Assembly: GCA_963779415.1 (NCBI GenBank)
Contig: CAVZYA010000001.1
Coordinates: 1,472,001-1,536,000, forward strand
Direction of reading: 5' to 3'
Source of the DNA: an uncultured Acidobacteriota bacterium
Lineage (GTDB): Bacteria; Acidobacteriota; Thermoanaerobaculia; UBA5066
DNA: 64,000 nucleotides
Shown here: in pieces, positions 58,576 through 64,000 of the stretch
How the letters are laid out: each line of letters opens with the position of its first letter
Position numbering within the stretch: the stretch's first letter is position 1
Made by a program: the position numbers and the translations under genes
The notes under the pieces: model-generated
Databases searched by the model: none
Told to the model about the DNA's origin: nothing
What the model saw: the letters and a program-made list of their open reading frames with translations, nothing else

Positions 58576-59091
58576 ATGGATGTCGTTCCCGAGCCGCCGA
58601 AGGCCAGCGTAGAGGTGGCCGAGGCTCTCATGGCCGACCGCGAGCGGCGTCGCCGGCTCTGCGCGTATGCCCGGGTCAGGTTCGGGATCGACATGGAGGA
58701 CGCGGAGGACGTGCTGCAGGAGACGGCGATGGACGTGATGCGGGCGGTCGGCCCGATCCTCCGTCCGGAGGGGTTCGTCTTTCAGGTCTTTCACGCCAAA
58801 TGCTGCCGGCATCTGCGCGGAAGGCCGGCCCGGCGGGCCGTCGTGGCTCTGGCGGACGCTCACGGCGCCGTGCTCGCGCAATCGCCGGTCGGCCCCGGGT
58901 CAGAAGAGATTCTGGCGCTCCAGCAAGGACTGTCACGGATCTCGGCCAAATGTCGGCAGCTACTCCGGGCGCATTACCTCGAGGGGAAGAGCCTCCGGGA
59001 AACCGCGGACGAGATGTCCGTGGCCGGAAGCGGCGTCTGGAACCTCATCAACCGGTGCTTGCGGAGACTGAAGCAATGTCTGCAGCCCTGA
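58576..59091 (+). CDS. ECF family RNA polymerase sigma factor
   Basis: 171 aa; region 2 DAEDVLQE; region 4 CRQLL...YLEGKSLRETADEM...INRCLRRL. Confidence 0.88.
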   Translation: MDVVPEPPKASVEVAEALMADRERRRRLCAYARVRFGIDMEDAEDVLQETAMDVMRAVGPILRPEGFVFQVFHAKCCRHLRGRPARRAVVALADAHGAVLAQSPVGPGSEEILALQQGLSRISAKCRQLLRAHYLEGKSLRETADEMSVAGSGVWNLINRCLRRLKQCLQP

Positions 59092-60503
59092 ACCACCTCG
59101 ACGATTGCACCCTTCTGCGCCACGTCGCCAGGGACCTGAGCGACTTCGAGGAGAGGGCGGCGCGGCGACACCTCCTTTCGTGCGACGTCTGCCGGAAGAA
59201 TCTAGAGAAGATCGAGGAACTCGATCACCTCCTCCGGGAAGCGGGTCCCGAGCTGTTCGGGGAAACGGAAATGGAGGGGCTGCCTTCCGGCGACCCCTTT
59301 TGCCTCCGGCCCGTACCTCGTGCACTGACGAAGCCGGCCGCCGCCGCCCAAGGCCGGGCGCGGGCGACCGAGTGTCTCGCCGCGGCGAAGGAGGCCTCCC
59401 GGAGAAAGAACTCGCTTCTCTCCTGCCGGGACGCGGGCGAGAAGGTTCTTCGGAACGCCTTCGATGGGTTGCGACTTTCCGAGCCGACAGACCGGTACAC
59501 CCTCGGTTATGCGCTCGAGGAGGCGGTTTCGCGGATGGTCGAAGCGCCAGCCCTCTGGCTCCGGTTCGCCGAGGCTGCCGTCTCCCGGCTGGCCGCGGAG
59601 CCGAAGGGCCGCCGATCGCCCTCGGTGGCCGATTCGGCCTACCCCCTCGCCGACCTCGTCGGCCGTGCGCACCTCCTGGCCGGCATCGCCCGGAACTGGA
59701 CCGGGGAGTTCGAGAGGGGTGGGCGCGACCTTCTCCTCGCCTACCGGGCCTTTGCAAGGGGAACCGCCTCCGAGGTCGAGCTGGCGCGCGTCGAGCTGGC
59801 CGAGGCCACGCGCCGGTCGTTCGTCGAGCGGGCGCCCGAGGGGCTGATCCTGGCCTCGCGGGCCGCGCAGACGTTCTCCGACTTCGGGATCGCGGACGAG
59901 GAGGCGCGGGCCCTGGCTGTGAAGGGGCTGGCGCTCTCGCGCGATGGACGCGGCGAAGAGGCCCTTCTCGCCTACCGGGAGGCGCTGCCCGCCTTCGAGC
60001 GACTCGGCCTCTGGAACGCCTACGTCTCGACGCTGCAAAACGTCGGGGCCACCCTGATGCACCTCGGCCGCCTCGCCGAGGCCCGGCGCGAGTACGCCCG
60101 GGCTCTCAGGAACGTCTCGCGCACCGAGCGTCCCGCCGTCCACGCCTTCATCCGGCGGAACCTCGCCCGGACGCTCTTCGAGGCCGGGAAATTCGCCCAG
60201 GCGGCCCTTGGGTTCGGTTCCGCCACGTCTCTCTTCGAACAGCAGGGGGCGACCGCCGACGCCCTCCTGACGCTCCTCTACCAGATAGAGTCCTTCGCCC
60301 GCGCCGGGGCCGGCGTGAAGGCGAGGTCCCTGATGGCCGGCTTTGAGCGGCGCGTCGGGGAGCTGGGCGTCCTGGACGCTTCGACCCTGAAGGAGCTCGC
60401 CGCCGCCCTGTCGGGCCGCAATCCGGATCTCGCCTCTCTCGTCCGCCTGCGCGACGGGGTCGAGGAGACTCTGCGAGATCGCCTCGAGAGGTCCGCCGGC
60501 TAG
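59076..60503 (+). CDS. Zinc-binding anti-sigma (ZAS/zf-HC2) domain fused to TPR-like repeats, no TM segment
   Basis: ATG 59076 overlaps the sigma 3' end; H...HLLSCDVC; Ala/Leu-rich TPR-like helices (GRGEEALLAYREA, LGRLAEARREYARA, GKFAQAA). Confidence 0.8.
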   Translation: MSAALNHLDDCTLLRHVARDLSDFEERAARRHLLSCDVCRKNLEKIEELDHLLREAGPELFGETEMEGLPSGDPFCLRPVPRALTKPAAAAQGRARATECLAAAKEASRRKNSLLSCRDAGEKVLRNAFDGLRLSEPTDRYTLGYALEEAVSRMVEAPALWLRFAEAAVSRLAAEPKGRRSPSVADSAYPLADLVGRAHLLAGIARNWTGEFERGGRDLLLAYRAFARGTASEVELARVELAEATRRSFVERAPEGLILASRAAQTFSDFGIADEEARALAVKGLALSRDGRGEEALLAYREALPAFERLGLWNAYVSTLQNVGATLMHLGRLAEARREYARALRNVSRTERPAVHAFIRRNLARTLFEAGKFAQAALGFGSATSLFEQQGATADALLTLLYQIESFARAGAGVKARSLMAGFERRVGELGVLDASTLKELAAALSGRNPDLASLVRLRDGVEETLRDRLERSAG

Positions 60504-60518
60504 AAAAAGAATCCACCC

Positions 60519-60551
60519 GCCTGTCTGAAAACACCCCCGGACCGGCCACTT
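60519..60551 (+). promoter_or_regulatory. Putative ECF promoter, copy 2 (upstream of the peptide gene)
   Basis: GCCTGTCTGAA (60519-60529)...ACCCCCG...ACTT (60548-60551); same 18-nt spacing as copy 1. Confidence 0.65.
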
Positions 60552-60630
60552 TACGGAATGGAAGACGTCCGTAGAGCGCTCTCACCCGGCTTCCACGATT
60601 TCCCGGGAGCGGGAAATCAAGGAGGAGATA

Positions 60631-60909
60631 GTGAGAACACGTCCGGCCCTGCTGCTTTCATGCGCTCTTTTTCTGGCGCCTTCGGCCGCCCTCTACGCCG
60701 CTGACGCCCCCCGGCCCGTCCCTCCGGCGGTAACGGCCCCCAAGCCGGCCATCGGCGGCATCCTTCTGGACTTCGGCCAGTGGCTGAGGGATCGAGCCAG
60801 GGACCTGGGCAACCCCTTCGGGGCCCTGAGCAAGACGACCAGTCCGACCGCCCCCAAGCCTGTCCCTCTGGGGGATTGCGTCGATCGGTCGCACTGCCCG
60901 ATCGGATGA
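60631..60909 (+). CDS. Small secreted peptide precursor (92 aa) with Cys-pair C-terminus
   Basis: AAGGAGGAG SD before GTG; Sec signal peptide ending ALYA; Pro-rich linkers; ends GDCVDRSHCPIG. Confidence 0.75.
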   Translation: MRTRPALLLSCALFLAPSAALYAADAPRPVPPAVTAPKPAIGGILLDFGQWLRDRARDLGNPFGALSKTTSPTAPKPVPLGDCVDRSHCPIG

Positions 60910-60942
60910 GGGTCCCGGCACCTGAATGAGACGAATCGGTCT

Positions 60943-62580
60943 GTGAAAGGCGACACCCGGATTCCCCCCGGCGCCGAGGAGGAGGGGGGCTGCCAGGCCG
61001 CAGCGCACAGCCCCCCGCCCCCGGGCGAATCTCCGACCCGGCCCGACAGCGCCACCCGCTTCCAGGCCCTCGTGAGCGGCGGGCTGGACGCTTTCTTCGT
61101 CTTCCGCAGCGTGCGCGACGAGAAGGGACGGATCGTCGACTTCGAGCTGTTCGACCTGAACAGACGAGGCGAGGAGCGCCTCGGCTTGACGCGGAACCAG
61201 CTCGTCTCGTCGCGCCTGCGCGAGATCCTGCCGGCGTTCCCTCCCGGCTTTCAGGAGAAGTGCCTCCGCGTGGCCGCCTCCGGCGAGATGCTGGAGGAGG
61301 AGGTCGCCCTCACCTCCAGCGGGCCCCAGGCGTCGTGGCTTCAGCTTCAGGTGGTCCGGATGGAGGACGGGGTCGGCGTGTCCCTGCGCGACATCAGCGA
61401 GCGAAAGCGGCTGGAGCGGCAGCTTCTCCACTCACAGAAAATGGAGGCCGTGGGCCGGCTGGCCGGCGGCGTCGCCCACGACTTCAACAACCTTCTGACG
61501 ACGATCCTCGGCTACAGCGAGCTGATGCTGATCAAGCTGCCCGAGTCGAGCCCGGCGCGCGCCGACGTCGAGGAGATCCTGAAGGCCGGCCAGCGGGCCG
61601 TGGGCCTCACCCGCCAGCTCCTTGCCTTCAGCCGCAAGCAGGTCGTCGAGCCGAAGGTCGTCAACCTGAACGCCGTCATCGAGGAGGCCGCCAAGATGCT
61701 GCGCCGCCTCATCGGCGAGGACGTCGACCTCGCGACGATTCTCGATCTCTCGCTCGGGACCGTCCGGGTCGATCCGGGCCAGATGGAACAGGTCCTGATG
61801 AACCTGGCCGTCAACAGCCGCGACGCCATGCCACGGGGCGGCCGGCTCACGCTGGAGACCTGGAACGTCACCATCGACGCCTCGGCCTCGCGCCTTCACT
61901 TCGGCGCCCCGCCGGGGGCCTACGTCCTTCTGGCCGTCAGCGACACCGGGACGGGGATGGACGTCGAGACCCGCTCCCACCTCTTCGAGCCCTTCTACAC
62001 GACCAAGGAGAAAGGGAAGGGGACGGGGCTGGGCCTGGCCACCGTCTACGGCATCGTCAAGCAGAGCGACGGCTACATCTTCGTCTACAGCGAGCCGGGT
62101 AAGGGGACGACCTTCAAGATCTACCTGCCGCGCGTGGAAGGCGTCGGGACGGACGCCGCCGCCGCCGTCCCGGCCTCGGCCGTGGCCGACGGAAAGGAGA
62201 CCCTCCTCCTCGTCGAGGACGAGGAAGCGGTCCGCCGCCTCATGCACCGCAGCCTCAGGGAACGCGGCTACAACGTCCTCGACGCACCGAGCGGCGAGGC
62301 CGCCCTCGCCGTCGCCACCTCCCACCCCGGGCCGATCGACCTCCTCATCACCGACGTCGTCCTCACCGGCGTCTCGGGCAAGAGCCTGGCCACGCTCCTC
62401 CTCACCTCTCGCCCCAAACTGAAGCTCCTCTTCATCTCCGGCTACACCGACGACACCGTCGTCCACCACGGCGTCCTCGCCAAGGAAGAGGCCTTCCTCC
62501 AGAAGCCCTTCACCCCCGACGCCCTCGCCCGAAGGGTCCGGGAGGTGCTGGATGCGAAACCGGCCGGAGCAGCCGGATGA
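60943..62580 (+). CDS. Cytoplasmic PAS hybrid histidine kinase / receiver
   Basis: [23 protein letters not shown]-box, NSRDAM, DTGTGM, FYTTK, GTGLGL; receiver VEDE, ITDVVL, SGY, KPF. Confidence 0.93.
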   Translation: MKGDTRIPPGAEEEGGCQAAAHSPPPPGESPTRPDSATRFQALVSGGLDAFFVFRSVRDEKGRIVDFELFDLNRRGEERLGLTRNQLVSSRLREILPAFPPGFQEKCLRVAASGEMLEEEVALTSSGPQASWLQLQVVRMEDGVGVSLRDISERKRLERQLLHSQKMEAVGRLAGGVAHDFNNLLTTILGYSELMLIKLPESSPARADVEEILKAGQRAVGLTRQLLAFSRKQVVEPKVVNLNAVIEEAAKMLRRLIGEDVDLATILDLSLGTVRVDPGQMEQVLMNLAVNSRDAMPRGGRLTLETWNVTIDASASRLHFGAPPGAYVLLAVSDTGTGMDVETRSHLFEPFYTTKEKGKGTGLGLATVYGIVKQSDGYIFVYSEPGKGTTFKIYLPRVEGVGTDAAAAVPASAVADGKETLLLVEDEEAVRRLMHRSLRERGYNVLDAPSGEAALAVATSHPGPIDLLITDVVLTGVSGKSLATLLLTSRPKLKLLFISGYTDDTVVHHGVLAKEEAFLQKPFTPDALARRVREVLDAKPAGAAG

Positions 62581-62889
62581 CACTCGCTCCGTCCGGCGCC
62601 CCAGCTCCGCAGCCGCCGAGGGGTCACTCGCTCTAGAACGAACCGCCGGCAGGAGGCGGGAAGCGACCGTCACTACCGAAGTCGGCAGGTCATTCAAAAG
62701 TAAATTGCGGTGCGACACTAAGGCCCGCTCAATACACCTAACGACTTCATCCCGCGATGGTGTAGTTTTGTTCGATGGCTCCCATCACATGCGTTGCCTG
62801 CGTCGGCCCTTCCTACGGGAGCCGGCCTTCGGCGTTACCAGCGTGAATTACGATTTCGCGGCGCTGCCCGGGAGTGCCGAGGCACCACG

Positions 62890-64000
62890 GTGAACCCTGG
62901 ACTGCGTGTCTTCGTCAGCTCTGTCCAGGAAGAACTGAAGGACGAGCGCCTCATCGTCCAGAACCTTCTAATACCGACTCGTATCTAGCTGCGCATTGCG
63001 CGCCGGTTCTCTATGAATACGAGCCGGCATCTTCGGAAAAGGCCCTGGAGGGCTGCCTCAGGGCGCTCGAAGGCTGCAACGCGGTCATCCTCATAATCGG
63101 CATCCGTTACGGGAAATCGGTAGGCGGACTTTCCAGTACGCACTCTGGTATAGGCGCGCAAAGGAATCGGGCTGTTGATATTCGGTTCATTAGCGGTAAT
63201 GCAGCGTTGAGCGCGAGGCGGAGACGGCTTTATTCTTGAATGAGGTGGATTCTGACTGCCTCAAGTACAAGCGCTTCGGCGACGTGGTCCAGCTCCCAGA
63301 AAGAGGTACGTGCTGCGCTCGTAAAACTCCTTCGAGAGAAGTTTGGCATCGTCCCAACCACAGATGAGAACGAGGTCGCAGCTCAGACCATCGAGGCGAC
63401 CTCACTCTTCGAATCTCAACCGCTGGAGCGAATCCCTTGGGTCGACCTCGACCACTCTGTCGCGCGCCGGCTTGTTGCCTCAGCCGAGGGGCTGGATGCC
63501 AACAGCCTTTCAGACGCGCAGGTACTCGCCGGGTCTTCGGTTCGTGGCCTCGTCTGGAGGAAATCCGAATCGGGCGAGTCTTTTGCGACTGCGGCTGGCA
63601 TCGTGCTTCTCGCGAGGGATCCGTCAGCGGTGTTTCCGCAATGCCGCGTCCTCGCGGACGCGTACCGCGGTTCCGAAGCGGACGGCGCGCCCCGCGACCA
63701 TGAGGACCTTCGGGGCCCGATGTCGGTCGTCATCGAACGTGCGCTCGCCTTCATCGACCGAAACACACGGCACCCGATGCGGGTAGTGGGATTCAATCGA
63801 GTTCGTCTTGACGAGTACCCGGAAGAAGCGCTGCGTGAGGCCTTAGTCAACGCTGTGGCACATAGACGTTACGACGACGCTGGCCGCAAGGTGCTTCTCG
63901 AGGTCTTCAGTGACCGCGTCGTCGTCCTGAGCCCCGGGCTTCCGCCTAGTCCGATCACGCTTCCGAACCTCCGGAATGGAAAGTGCCGACCCTGCTCACG
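62890..64000 (+). pseudogene. DUF4062 plus HATPase_c_4 (RecG-C-like ATP-binding) protein; several frameshifts at 62970-63300; runs off the window
   Basis: RVFVSSVQEEL, ILIIGIRYG (DUF4062); intact downstream frame TAAGIVLL, EYPEEALREALVNAVAHRRY, EVFSDRVVVLSPG; visibly lower GC. Confidence 0.7.

Noticed and set aside
60558-60704. ATG just after promoter copy 2 opening a short ORF that overlaps the peptide gene
   Set aside because: Out of frame with the peptide, no SD and no features; the GTG at 60631 has a strong SD and a clear signal peptide.

Overview
High-GC bacterial chromosome segment. Gene content and style suggest an Acidobacteriota (Thermoanaerobaculia-like) organism; this is an inference. 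It holds about 57 protein-coding genes, and I recognised no rRNA, tRNA, CRISPR array or transposase. Most genes are housekeeping or metabolic: ptrB, rfbD, RluA, tnaA, an M16 peptidase pair, acyl-CoA dehydrogenase, dnaK-hspR, mazG, envC/ctpA/yibQ-like genes, dinB, sthA, aceB and an AarC-like CoA transferase. At least seven genes are split by single-base +1 frameshifts, most likely long-read errors. The best candidate for an undescribed system is 58538-60909: an ECF sigma factor, a cytoplasmic zinc anti-sigma (HxxxCxxC) fused to TPR-like repeats, and a small secreted propeptide ending in DCVDRSHCPIG. The sigma gene and the peptide gene share an identically spaced upstream motif, GCCTGTCTGAA-N18-ACTT, a layout resembling an RRNPP-like peptide-signalling circuit wired to an ECF sigma. 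Other notable items are an NfnA-NfnB-Cys-rich-rubrerythrin single-chain fusion beside a ferritin-like diiron enzyme, a CtpA homologue lacking both catalytic residues, probable CTG starts in CTGA overlaps, a missed Cys-rich microprotein, and a lower-GC DUF4062-ATPase gene at the right edge.
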